Positions 1-12,207 of a stretch of 36,572 bases of DNA are shown piece after piece. Every line of letters begins with the position of its first letter. The stretch's first letter is position 1. Both the position numbers and the translations under genes were made by a program. The stretch spans positions 1 to 36,572 of the forward strand of contig CAJVPI010000289.1 in the NCBI GenBank assembly GCA_910592345.1, given 5' to 3'. The notes under the pieces are model-generated. The model did not search any database. It was not told the DNA's origin and worked only from the letters and a program-made list of their open reading frames with translations. Source of the DNA: Paraglomus brasilianum. Taxonomy: Eukaryota.

Positions 1-74
<74 letters not shown>
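1..74. repeat. poly(A) homopolymer run, truncated by window start
   Basis: 74 consecutive A at window start; upstream context not visible. Confidence 0.9.
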
Positions 75-76
<2 letters not shown>

Positions 77-3000
77 GCGAAACAAAATACTGTATGTTCT
101 TACTATTACATACGCAAACCTTTTCTGCTAATTCACCCGCTGAGTGCGGCTAACGAATAAAATTCTAACCATTACGGGCCAACATTTGTTTGGTTTATAT
201 ACTGCAATAATGCCAAGTTTGTTAAAACTAAAATAATTAGCGCGTTCTGAAAAAGAGTTAGATCCTTTGGCATTGTTTACAGTCATTACTGATAGACTTG
301 CTGAAGATATATATATATATATATCTATTTAATATAAATTGTTTCTGGATCAAATTCAATAGCTTTCCATTATATTTTTAAGATCTGCCTAATGCGAATA
401 GGCAACCTCTACAACAAGGTTGCGTCTGAAAGATATAAAGTCATTGTCAACACTAAGGATTTAACAGAATTGAAGTTATAAAACTCTAAGAGATAGGATG
501 GCAGCTTGGAGTACCGATCTTATTAAAATAAACTGTTACCAAAGCAAGTGGGAAATCATTACGTTGTAACAACTATAAGTAATGACGCGATGTTTATAGT
601 CAACCTCTTCATTGATCCAAACCTTGTTAAGTTAAACCAAAGAAATATTCTGGTCTCGATTTATTAATAAGAAATTTACCTTATTTTTTATAACAAAAAC
701 TCTGTAATCCAAAGGCGGTTTCGAAAAACATGTCATATAAAACCCCCCTTAATCTGGAGATTTTCTTAATCCGCAAATTTTGTTACCCGAAGAATTTATT
801 TGTTAATCCGAAGCATAACTTGCTCAACTCTAATGGATTTTCCTTGATCGTGGAACGTAAGCCGGAAATAAGTAAAGATTGCTAGACATCAAAATTCGAC
901 ATCAATCACCGCTTTGTGGTTGATCCCAATGACTACACCAAATAATTACAGTAATTAGAATTCAGGGTAAGTGACAACTGCATATTGACAGTTTTTTCGC
1001 TAGAGGTTAAACGTGTAGTACCCATTTTGTGTACATTGTGATAACTAGACTAAATAATCATTGCATTCAATAGTAAGGTTGAATTATCGTTATTGAGAAA
1101 ATTTTTTGTCAATCTGAAAACGTCGTTAATCTGACTTTGAATTAACGAGGTTGTAGTCAGATATTATCACGTGCCTGTGAAAAGAGACGCCGATACAAAT
1201 TCCAATTCGGAAAATAGGCACATTTTTATTCACAGTCACACGAAACCAATACCTGCTCATTCCAAACAGGTTGGCCCAATTCTGAATTGGAATAAAATTC
1301 CGACTTGGGTCAGAACACATACAAAGAAAAAGTACAGCGTCTAAACAAACAGGTTCATCAGCAAAAAAAAAAGAATAAAGAAAACGTTTACGTAACCTGA
1401 ATGTCTTTGCAGCGCTTGAAAACTGGAAGCGATAATCTGACGTTGTCATCATCTTTGACAATAAGTTGTCAAATTATTTTATTTTGACATGTGCAAAGTG
1501 ATAGGTGAAGGCATGTATAGCATGGATTTGACAGATAGAAACACATGATAATGTCTATGTTTTCCATAAACTAAAACGGGCTGTCAAAATAAAAAGAGGC
1601 GTCATTATAGACAGTGAGGCTACATTAATCGAAAATACGCAAGCAATTCTTCACCTGCCTTCCAACGAGCACGCTGAATTGTCCGAGTTTGAACAAGTAA
1701 AAATAAAAATTTGTATAACAAATGCACACGCCTGCAGCATGTCTCATTTACTGTAGAATCAAAATTCTCGGTTGTCATGAGAATTACAAATTTGCGAAAC
1801 GACGTATCCTATTTATTCGAGAAACGTGTCTTATCGCTTGTCAAATGTATACATTTTAATTTCTCCAACCTTACAAGCATCAAAGCTAGCAAATAAAATT
1901 ATTTATTAATTAATATAACCATGGCAATGGTGTAGACTTGTTGTACAGCACGCGGGCTTTGATTATCAGTTTCCTTCCTAAGCGAAAAAAAATGGTATGT
2001 TTTGATGAAGACGCATGTTAGACGTTGAACCACCATGTACGACAGATTCTGCATATGCATACAGTGGCTCGATTTACCGACCCCATCACCCTTTTACATG
2101 TACAATTGAACTTTTGAGGCGAAATCGTGCTGCTACTGGTATGTTTATGCGGAAAGATAGGGCATTTTTGTGATGTTGAATGTTGAGAATGGCATGCAAA
2201 CCCCGTTGCAGGATGACTAGAACAAAACCTAGTTAGTTGGTTAGTACGAGTGTGATAGAAAATAAAAAGGCGTGCGACGACGTATACTATTCGCAATTTG
2301 GTTATTTGTACTACAATCGGTTATTCGGAATTCGGTAATCCCGCGGTTAATCCGACACAATGAATAAATGTGATATTGATATTGGTATTTTATTCGGTTA
2401 CAGAGAGCATGTGTTTCTAAACTTTAATTTACCAAGTACTGATGTGGGTGGGTGGGTGTCATTAACGAGTCTAGCACGCAAGTTAATGATAAGCGTATAT
2501 TTATGTCGATAGCATTTTCACGTGCTGCAAACATTTTTTAACACCCGGTTTTGAAAACTTGCTAGGCCAAGTCAAGCTCAAGCTTTGTTCCAATTGTTTC
2601 ACTGACTTGTAATACGACTGGCCCGGTCGTGCGGGACTTGCCAAATATATTGCACCCCATTTGGGAACGTATACGCGAGGATCGGTTTCCGATCACATTG
2701 CAAATCCGTACAATAGAGAATGAAATACGGGGTTGATCGTCCCAACAGCTCGCTGCGTAATATTTGCGCACATGTTCAAAGAAAGTTGAGCACCAACAGA
2801 CATGTCGCTTTCTTAAAAGAAAGAAGTTTGATTGATCATAATAATGGTGTATCCCGTGTTTCTCGCTAGAATGGAATAAATTAGTCTGATTGAGGCGACA
2901 GCAATTCTTTCACGCGTGCTTAAAGAGTTTGGTAAAAATAATTTACGAGTTTGGATAAAGTATAATCTTTATTTGCGTCGCCATATTTATGGTTGACCGT

Positions 3001-3820
3001 ATTAATGCATACGTCGAGTAAAAGTATTGGCGAAAATAAACTCTAATACCGATGATGCATGTGACGCATGAATGGAACATGTCCTCGAAAATAAGACGCA
3101 TTAGTATTTTATTTTATGTACCTTGTATCGTTGTGGTACAAGAATGTGATGTGCCGTAAATTTTAAATCGTTGTTTGTGGCCATTTCACAAAAAATGATA
3201 TTCGGAAACTGAAAGAGCCTTTTTTTTTTTTTTTTGACAGCAAATGCGTTACGCATGAATGTGCGTATGACAACAACGCATCGTCTACAACAAGGAGAGG
3301 AGATGCATTCGACCATTCGTTCGGGAATTATGTTGGAACCACATTTCTGACCCGTTACTACGATTTTGCGTTTGCCTTCATTTTATCCGACATTGTTCGG
3401 CCAGCCAACAACTATCTACCGTTGTCGCGTAATTATCTCAACGTTTAGACAATAGAGTTTTTAACCCTCGACTACAACCAATAGAATTTTTAATCATTTG
3501 ATCTCTATCCTGGACTCGGTGTGCATCAAAGGTAATATAATACGAACAAGTTCTATCTATACAAAATCTGATACAAACACGCTTTTGATATGTTAATAAA
3601 AAAAACCGAAAAAGTACAAGTGAGATGAAAAAACTATTGAAACAGAATATATATATAGAGTGAGTATATATGAGTGAATATGTATAAGTGCTCAGACTAA
3701 AATGTATGAATCAAAATATTACTAAAATCAGCGGACATAGAATGTCAACAGCCTTGTTTTTGATGGCATATTTCAAAATTATTCAGTGTATACACATAGA
3801 TAAACTGCCATCAGCAACAT

Positions 3821-3909
3821 TACCGCTCACCACTACCACTACTACCACTACCGCTCACCACTACCACTACCACCACTACCACCACTACCACCACTACACC
3901 ACTACCACC
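3821..3909. repeat. imperfect (CAC/TAC)n trinucleotide repeat downstream of BEM1
   Basis: Runs of CACCACTAC; TACCGCTCACCACTACCACTAC occurs at 3821 and 3849. Confidence 0.85.
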
Positions 3910-4278
3910 GTCTCCCCTCATTTTCATCCTATTACAATAATACCGATTATCCAAAGAGAGAGAGATAAGGTTGTACACATCGAATCCGCTTCAACTATAG
4001 AGCCCCTCTCAACTACCCCTCGTCGAGTTCTATTTAACATAGGAACTCGACTATTACATTATAATCCAATCTAATATTCCCCCAATAACAATTTTTCCAT
4101 CCCGCAGCATATTCGACCAACAAATAAAAAAAAAAAAAAAAGACATGTAAAAAAATCAATAAAGCTGAATATGGCATTTTGCATAAAAATCCATGTAAAC
4201 GCTTTAGCTTATTTCAAAAAGCGTCTGCGTTACATATCGCCGATTTGACCTTATCTCAACAGTCTCATCGAAATGTCA

Positions 4279-6060
4279 TCAATAGTCATGCTCATCATCT
4301 GCATAAATGAGAAGTTTCGGACAAGTCCTAATTGCACGATAAAGATCGGAATCATCGCCAAGCCTCAGAACCTGTCCGGACGTCTCGTCTTTATACTGTA
4401 AAGATGCCAAAGGTCCATCTAGACGTTCCTCCAACCTCTTTCGTAATGCCGCATAAGTGATATCTGATGGTATTTTAATAGCCATGACATCTTCCTTATA
4501 AAAAATCTTAATTTTGATAGTGGGCGGTGGTTCCATTGGCGGCTGCATCGACCGCCCGTACGTTGCATACTCATCGGGAACGTTCCCGTATGCAGGTTGC
4601 GATTGGTTGTACCCGCCATTGAATTGTTTATTCTGTGTCGTATCTTGATACGTGTTGAACGAAGACGATGTCTCGTAATTATTAATGCTTGCATTGTCTA
4701 GAACCGAATCACTCTCTGTCTGCATATCACCTTCTCTCATTCCAAACAACTGATTTAGCAACGGATTCTGCAATATGTACGAGGGAAGATTAAGCAACTC
4801 TTTAACGTATACATCAAGATCGGCCCTTCTCTGAGACGTGATAACATCGTTAACATAAGAAAGAGGCCCTGGCATGAAAGGTAGAATACGTTTTTTCCCT
4901 GTACGTCCAGCTTCAACGGGGAATTCGCCAAGAAGAGCAATCTGAAACTCGTAAAAGTCTTCGTACAATCTATACAATACGCGGAACCGACCAGATGCCA
5001 TTTGAACCCTCACCACAAACCAAAAGCGATCGTCCTCGAAATGATACTTGTCTACCCATGCATTCATTATTTGATCTTCACCATTAACACTCTCATTCTG
5101 TTGAAGTTGAGGGCTCGTCGGAGAAGTATTGAAAGCCTCAGACCTACGCTGGTTACTTTCTGACGACCCATACCTACCAAGCGATTGTGAATTGCGCAAG
5201 CCAGTCTGTTGTGACCTGTTATCAAACTCGAACGTTATGGGACTGAGTTTGGGGTCAAAGTCTATGGCGACAGATTGTTGCATGTTCTCGTACTCGTCAT
5301 TCGTCGACATTGCCCTCCGCTCCATACCGATTGGTGCAAGCTTGGGATCAATAGCCGGGTTTTCCGAAGGAAAATCTAAGCGACCCAATGTAATGCTATT
5401 GTCCTGGTAATCTTGAGTCATTTTCTTCCAGTCTTCGACTTTGGGTACGACCGATCTGTCCAACAACTCGTTTACATCCTCGATTGTCTGGCCCGTCGAG
5501 AGATCCTTAATCTCGATATATGTGACTGGGATTAGTCCTGGTCCGCCTAGTCTACCAATAGGTTTAGCGACGAACCATTCTCGATTTGACTGGGCGATTA
5601 TAATAATTGGTTCGCCTTGTTTGGCATCCAATTCGTCTTGACGTTCAGCAACAAAATCGTACAGAACCACACCATAGAGCGGTTGTTGTTTTGGCACAGT
5701 GCTGCTGGTAGATACGAATGTGCCCGAGTCGGATTTGTCGCTTAGACTGAGTCTGCTGCTTTTCTCTAGTACTTGAAAATATGATACAGGGACTAGACCA
5801 CGGACATTGGTGGCGGGGTTGCAGGCCTCGTACCAGTCGGGAACAATTTCGTCACCGATTACGTGGAAAAAGTCACCCTTTAAGAAAGACAATTCGGTTG
5901 GCGATTTTGCTTGGTAGTCGTATAATGCTTTAATGACTTTTTTTGGTGGTTGAATCGAACGCGGAGCTTTGGTGGGGATAGCAATAGGCGTGGATATTTT
6001 GTCTTTCATGACAGAACGACGAAGTTCGAGCGTCGGCTTGAGTGCTTTTGGCACCTTCAT
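4279..6060 (-). CDS. BEM1: Bem1/Scd2 cell-polarity scaffold (SH3-SH3-PX-PB1), single exon, 593 aa
   Basis: SH3-1 KALYDYQA..ELSFLKGDF..WYEA..GLVPVSY; SH3-2 VLYDFVAERQDELD..WFVAKPIGRLGGPGLIPVTY; PX-like RLYEDFYEFQIALL..LPFMPGP..RRADLDVY; C-terminal PB1 KIKIFY..LQYKDE..DDSDL. Confidence 0.95.
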   Translation of the reverse strand: MKVPKALKPTLELRRSVMKDKISTPIAIPTKAPRSIQPPKKVIKALYDYQAKSPTELSFLKGDFFHVIGDEIVPDWYEACNPATNVRGLVPVSYFQVLEKSSRLSLSDKSDSGTFVSTSSTVPKQQPLYGVVLYDFVAERQDELDAKQGEPIIIIAQSNREWFVAKPIGRLGGPGLIPVTYIEIKDLSTGQTIEDVNELLDRSVVPKVEDWKKMTQDYQDNSITLGRLDFPSENPAIDPKLAPIGMERRAMSTNDEYENMQQSVAIDFDPKLSPITFEFDNRSQQTGLRNSQSLGRYGSSESNQRRSEAFNTSPTSPQLQQNESVNGEDQIMNAWVDKYHFEDDRFWFVVRVQMASGRFRVLYRLYEDFYEFQIALLGEFPVEAGRTGKKRILPFMPGPLSYVNDVITSQRRADLDVYVKELLNLPSYILQNPLLNQLFGMREGDMQTESDSVLDNASINNYETSSSFNTYQDTTQNKQFNGGYNQSQPAYGNVPDEYATYGRSMQPPMEPPPTIKIKIFYKEDVMAIKIPSDITYAALRKRLEERLDGPLASLQYKDETSGQVLRLGDDSDLYRAIRTCPKLLIYADDEHDY

Positions 6061-9000
6061 TATTATAATGGTTGTCAGCGAAATAGAATTTGTTTTTGTA
6101 AGTTACGGGGGGGTTGTCGATAAATAGTACAAGTAATAGTATTTGATGGTAGCACAAATGCATATAACCCTGTGTGGGTAACAGTTATGATTATTTATTG
6201 CTTGATCTCTATTCAAAGCACTGTTCGATTGTGGTGCACAAGGCATCCGAGAATGTATTGTGTGAAATTATGTGAAATGCGGTTAGAATAAATATAAATA
6301 ACACAATAATACTAATATATCAGTGACGTTAGACCTAATTTCGGACAAGAGGCAGCTGATTGGTCATCTGCCAAGCCATTCTTGAACACCAAGAACGATT
6401 TCGGCCATGCAGACATCGTCTGCTGAGATAATTTCCGACAAGAATTCTTTGCCCAACGTCTCGACCAATGTGAAATACATTACTATGATCAGGGCAACGT
6501 ATTTTCAGAGTCATTCTAATTCGGGCAAATGTTTACCAATGTTTGTATAATTGGAGATAATGCATTTTCAGAGTATGTTTATAGAATGTCTATGGATTAG
6601 TCAACCCTCTTTTTTCCCACGACGCCATTGAGTACCATAATGTTTCCACAATGAGGTAGCCAACAACGGAAGCAGATAATAGTTCGCGTTTTTTGGCCCA
6701 TTCAAATTTCCCTCTCAAGCCGATACCGCAGATTTATCCAATCATCCAAAAGCTAGTACAAAGACGACGATCGCGATCCACAAGTACTTTCAAATCGTTC
6801 AAGTATTAGTTTTAATGATTATAATTATTACAGGCGTAGCACGCTATTATGCATTCGGCCTTTAAATTTTGTATGACCTTAACCTCCTTAATTTCTATTA
6901 CTCGGGCGATTCAATTATCTAAATTCTTTACACTTTTCAAGGAGACGTCATCGTAGCGAATAATCTTCTAGTGTTGGTGTATTAGTATAGCAAAAAAACT
7001 TCTAATCTATCCGCTATAATCAGCCATTCCTCCAGAGACATCTCCACATCATTGTCTCATCAGAGTTTTCACGGATGATGACAAGTAAAGAAATTCTTGG
7101 CCTCTTCCCACTTGTCAATATATTTCGACTCATCGCTGAGGGTCAACCTTGTTTCATTCGCTCTTCCAAACTCTCCATCTTAATATTTCTTGTTTACCGA
7201 TCGTTGATCATCTAATCCATTCATGTAAGTGTCCTACGCAATTCTTGTACTTAATAAGTAATGTTTCCACTGTTCTTCACTTCATTTATCAATGTAACAC
7301 TCGAATATGCTAATCATATCCTCCCTTTACGTATACGTCTTCCAAGTGTATACGACTATGCTTAAACTCGAATGATTTAAGTTTTTGCGGGATTCTGGAA
7401 TAAAATAAAATTCCAGAGACTGGAAAAAAGGTTCAAGTGGATGTGCGGAGGGTTTGAAAATTATCCAATTAGATGAACTGATCGAAGACTTATCAGGGGC
7501 TGTACGCCAATATCAGTGATAACAAAAAGCTATTGGTTCTCCTTTACTTAAAAAATGATGTAAATTTATTGGTGATTAATGAAGAAATATTTGATGCACA
7601 AGAATTAATTTTTTGTTCGCAGAGGGCCGGGTTGCGTGTGTTATAATTATTTCAACCTATATCATATATATCGCATCGTATTAAGAACTAGATGCCTATC
7701 CCGAAAATGAGTCTTGAAATTGCAGACTTCAATAAACAATGGAGGTTCCATACGAGTGGATATGTAGAAAAACTCAAATCTTCAGTACTCATCAATACGT
7801 GCTGGTATCAGTTTATGTGCCAGAAAAAGAGGACTTGATTTCTCGAAAATCCTTCCGGGAAATAATACTTGCGTTTTTTACGTATGTTCTGCATGCTTTT
7901 CTTTGCATGAGGCTAAATAGCCGTATTGACAAGCTCAAGAGATATGGATCGTGTCAATGTAATTATTGACAGTTCTTAAATTGTAGGACAGCGTACCAAA
8001 AGTGCATCCAGTTGATAAGTCATATGACTGAGATGAGGATCGAAACCTTAAATAACAATAAACATGAATAGAGTTTCGAACGCGCCTAATATTATTGACC
8101 AGGTTTGGAATAAAAATCATAATAGTTATCGAGTAGGTAGTAAATAATATAAATATACGGCTACTCTTTGACTACGAAATGTAGAATAAGCCTCGAATTA
8201 CAGTACTCCAGAAACCAGTAATAAAAATGAGACGGTCAAAATGGAAGTTGTAGGTAAATGACAATAGATAACGACATGCACTTGTTTGCGCTTCAAATCT
8301 CAATGCAAACTTTCTTACATTTGATATGTCAAGCGCTTTAATTTTATACATGTCAACTGAGACATTACTACATGACTCAAAGCATTGTATCTAGTGCCGA
8401 AATTAACATTTACGCTAAAAGCTTAATTATGAGTTTGTTACATGGAATTACGTATTAGAATGCTGTATTTAGAAACAAATGGTAGATACATGGGAGTAGA
8501 AATACTTTGAGCAGATTAGAGATTGGCTATAGTAAGAGCATTCGGCTTGTGGGAAAAGGTTAAGCGTGCCTACATTAAAAAGTATTTGTGTATTTTTTGA
8601 CATTAGTCAGAGAAAAGGTAAAAGATAATTCGTGACAGTTAATAAGCAACGAAAGGTTAAAAAGACTGGCTTATTAATGAGATGCTTTATGTCTGTTAAA
8701 TTTATTATTATCATATGGCAAATAGCAGACAAAAAACAATTTCCTAGGAGAGTTGGCAATCAATGTCGTGTTCATAACAGGCATGCGTCTTTTGTGCAAC
8801 CATGGTTGGTCGATCGCCTTTCCATTTCGATTCTTTCATAATAAAAAGACTTGAGACACAGCATCGTGAAAAACCCATTTTCGGTTCTTGCATTATACTT
8901 AATCACGTACGTGATAATACAATGTTTTCTGAAAATTTGGTAATGAGTTTGTGGCTTAATTGTTGGACGATACCAGTTTGGTCAACAAAACAAGCGAGGC

Positions 9001-9606
9001 AGATTCCGAGGACTAAATCAGTCCACGTAAGGTTCTAAAGAACCAGTAAAGCGATTATAGATTCCTCGTTTGATTTTGTTTGGTCATGATTACCAATTTT
9101 TAATTCTCTCAAATTAATACATTTTCTAGGATTTTCAAGTGTTAGTATTTTCGTTATTGTTCATAGTTTTTATTTGATTAATTGTTTACACAGAATGCAT
9201 TTATCTTAGGTTCTAATTGCGCTGTACATGCCAGACATAATTCTATCTCCTCAGAGTCTATTAGTCAGAATATCTGGATGCTCATCACTAGTGGAAATGT
9301 TTTGTTATGTTATATCAAGTCAATAACCTATATAAACAATTCAACAAACATGATGCATAATTAAGAATTGAATGGTTTACCTTATCATAATACGAATCAT
9401 CTGTCTCATCCGTTATTTCAAGTGAAATTAATTAGCAGTTGCAATAGTAGGTAAGCCATATTAGTATACACCATATTTCCTCCAATCATCAATGCCAAAT
9501 AGGCATGATTTGCCGAGTTTGAGATACTCGTCGAGTTGCAATAGTAAAAGCGTCTATTGGCAACCAAGTAATAGTTGTTATCATGCTCGGTGTATAAGTT
9601 TGTTGT

Positions 9607-9859
9607 GGGTCTGAAGCCATTCATTATATCGTGCAAATTGACTGGTATTATTGTACTTGTGTGTCGGAAGTAGCGAACTCACTCACATCACTTCCAAGTA
9701 GTGAAAGCATTATCTTCACTATATAATTGCGAGGACCGTTAATAGGCGTTCTCAATTTGACTTGCTCCATTTCCGAGTAAGGAATCCAGTTAAGTTGATG
9801 TAGTTTATGTTTACTTTCTAAGGAATTTGTATCAAGTTGTCAATTACTGTACTGGATGT
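9607..9859 (-). pseudogene. possible heavily deleted protein kinase (TKL-like) relic
   Basis: Fragments TSSTVIDNLIQ (9827-9859), WIPY (9777-9788) and DIMNGFRP (9607-9630) resemble motifs of the expanded kinase families of mycorrhizal fungi; no catalytic core visible. Confidence 0.25.
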
Positions 9860-10442
9860 TCTAACGAAATGGTTTTGGTTTTTTTCAATAACAATCATTC
9901 TCAACAATTATTGTGTTGCGTCGCACATTTACAAAGAAAGATATCATAATCAGCAGTCATTGTTAGATGCATTCGGCAATTACAATGATCATTGTATCCC
10001 ATGCATATATCCAAATTGTTAATTGCTGACTTGCGGCTTTACTGTTTGTTGAGGCGTGGGTTGTAGCCTGGATGGTTTAGGTAACTGTCGGCAAAACTGA
10101 GAATAAAAGACATATTGGCAACGGCGTAGAATTTGTCTTGCTGTTGCCATTGTTGCAGTATTTAGCTGGTGATAGTGTCATAGCATGGAGCTCGATAAAA
10201 GAATTGGTGTTTAAACATTATTATTCGCCCAATGTGGATCCCCCAACCTACGTCGCAAAACAAATGTAAAGTTTTGATTTGTATATAATAAATTTTATAA
10301 CCTTTTGTGATTTATTTTCAAACTGTCTTCTATTAAAGAGAAGGCGCAACGTCAAACCAGAAACTGCATACTTGTGGCTAAATGTCAATAATCTGTTATA
10401 ATGTTAAGGTATTTAAGCAGCTCAAGTTTTCGCTATATAATC

Positions 10443-10550
10443 TGTTGTGTCTGAGTTCGGGACCTGTCTCAGTTCAGAACTCAGTTACTCAGTCTAGAAC
10501 TCAGTTGTCTCGGTTCAGAACTGAGACAGATCCCCAACTGAGGTACAACA
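10443..10550. mobile_element. 108-bp palindromic MITE-like element, TGTTGT...ACAACA termini
   Basis: 38-bp arms match at 32/38 as an inverted repeat; repeated CTCAGTT/AACTGAG motif; ATC flanks both sides (10440-10442, 10551-10553). Confidence 0.7.
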
Positions 10551-11439
10551 ATCTTATAGTTCCCATGTTAATTCTAATATACTGCTAATAATCGAGATTA
10601 CGTTCTCTGATAATCGTTTCGGTAAAACAATTGCTAATAAGATAAAAAAACTCAATGCAGTTTCTTTGTTAGATTATGCCAGTATTATATTCAACTAGTA
10701 AAGCTTTCTCATTGTACTACGGCAAGCTCATTTGGTGGATCACACAAGAGCGAGTCATTTTATGAACCTAATTTTAACATGGCGAAAATCCATATTAATA
10801 TACCGTAAACCCTCGCTTTCCCGTCAAATTTTTTCTCCCCTGCATTTAGGCAATCTGCATAAAATATCCGGGAGAATTAAAAATCCCGTATGTCACATTC
10901 TACAAATTTGTGGTATGTCACCAAAACAGAAATTTTACCTATTCACGAGAATTTCGGTCGTTAGTTCCCAATTTTAGCCACGGCGTAATTTTTCTTGATT
11001 TGATTGTTACAAACGTACGAAGGACGCGCAGTAAAATGTCTGCCGCAGATAATTGAAGGTTCATATTGATGAAAGATCTTATTACGTTCATTTTAAAGCA
11101 TATAAGAACTGATACGATTTGGACTATCGATAGAGCGGAAAACGTTGAAGAGATGTAGAAACGCCAATTAACGCATACAAATTAAGCAGTAACAAGTGAC
11201 GGGATAATGACACCAAATCAAAGTTAGATCTGCTTTAAATTAGCCTGTACGTCAACAAGCAACACTTGTTTGTCTATTTGTTTATTTATTAGCTCATGAA
11301 TCAAATTTACATATTAAATAGCATATAGAAAAGAAAAAAAAAGTTTGTGGAGCATGCCTCACCCCCGCCTTGTCGGAAGAGGTCGCATATCTATAAACAG
11401 TCGTATAATTATATGTCAATATGTCACGTATCTAATTAG

Positions 11440-12207
11440 GCGTTGCAAATGTACCCTGCCAAATGGGTCCCTCACATGTTTTCTAACGAGAACAAGCAAA
11501 AGTTTCTTGACAATGGGCTTTCAAAATATTATTACAGTGAAACATGGTTTCATTTCTTCACAGTTTCTCGTAAGAATGACAATAAAGTTTGGCTCTGTCG
11601 GGACCCCAAATCATAAGAACAGCAAAAGTAATAAAAATGGATGTTTTGCATTTTCTTCTCAGCAGACGGTATTGTAGCGATCATCGTGGTAGAAAGTTAC
11701 AGGTGAGTATTATGGTAATATCATGGGTGCTCTCGTCAGCTTATCTCCAACCTGACAGCGGGTAGGTAAGTTAAAGGGGAGGTAGGTGCTCATAAGTTCT
11801 TGCCAAATAAAATGGAAAGATTTCTTCTTGTTGGATAAATTATACATGTCGTGGAATAGGATTGTAGTAGAAAACAATAATATAAGTAGCACAATTACTG
11901 ACAAAGTCTGTTAATTATTGTTGATGAGAGCACCCACAAGTGCGTGATGTCATGTTGCATCATAACAATGCAAGGGACCTAGTAATATTGCTTCCCCACC
12001 CTTTTTATAGTCCACCTACAACTTTTTCTATTTCAAAAGAGTTGGTAAAAAGCGGTTTGAAAGGATTCAAGAACTCATTTGTGCTAGGAAAATCTAAAGC
12101 ATAAACAGTGCCAGTGCTAACGGGAAAGTCGTCATTTTAAGAGCATGGCTAGTATGGCAGAAGTTGAACGATGCCAGACTTACGAGAACAATCTGGGCGA
12201 ATACTAG
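11440..12207 (+). pseudogene. mariner (DD34D-type) transposase relic
   Basis: Ordered motifs across stops and frameshifts: AKWVPH (WVPH 11464-11475), NIIT-ETWFH (11525-11553), MFCIFFSADGIV (from 11641), VTGEYY (11696-11713), LHHNNAR (11955-11975, HDNA motif), LPHPFYSP (11991-12014), RFE, GEY* (12196-12207). Confidence 0.85.
11724..11936. mobile_element. 213-bp MITE-like insertion nested in the mariner relic
   Basis: 17-bp inverted termini TGGGTGCTCTCGTCAGC (11724-11740) and GTTGATGAGAGCACCCA (11920-11936), 15/17 match; interrupts the transposase between EYY and HDNA motifs. Confidence 0.65.

Noticed and set aside
1..74. Poly(A) as a LINE/SINE tail
   Set aside because: Upstream body not in the window; cannot be told apart from an assembly homopolymer artefact
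200..430. TPR-like fragment (KAIEFDPE) on minus strand
   Set aside because: Too short and interrupted to support
740..830. Repeated TTAATCCG/TTAATCTG motifs resembling subterminal transposon repeats
   Set aside because: No terminal CAGT, TSD or partner end identified
1126..1461. 111-aa minus ORF with intron-like GT..AG segments
   Set aside because: No recognisable protein in any spliced frame I tried; non-ATG start
2562..2771. ORF containing CWDDQP, like kinase subdomain XI
   Set aside because: Single short motif without other kinase features
3688..4074. 128-aa ORF with poly-Thr/His tract
   Set aside because: Open only because of the trinucleotide repeat; GTG start; no domain
8902..8915. 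14-bp palindrome ATCACGTACGTGAT
   Set aside because: About one such palindrome is unsurprising in 36 kb; no linked gene
10443..10550. CRISPR-like repeat array
   Set aside because: No constant repeat with unique spacers; it is a single inverted structure in a eukaryotic context
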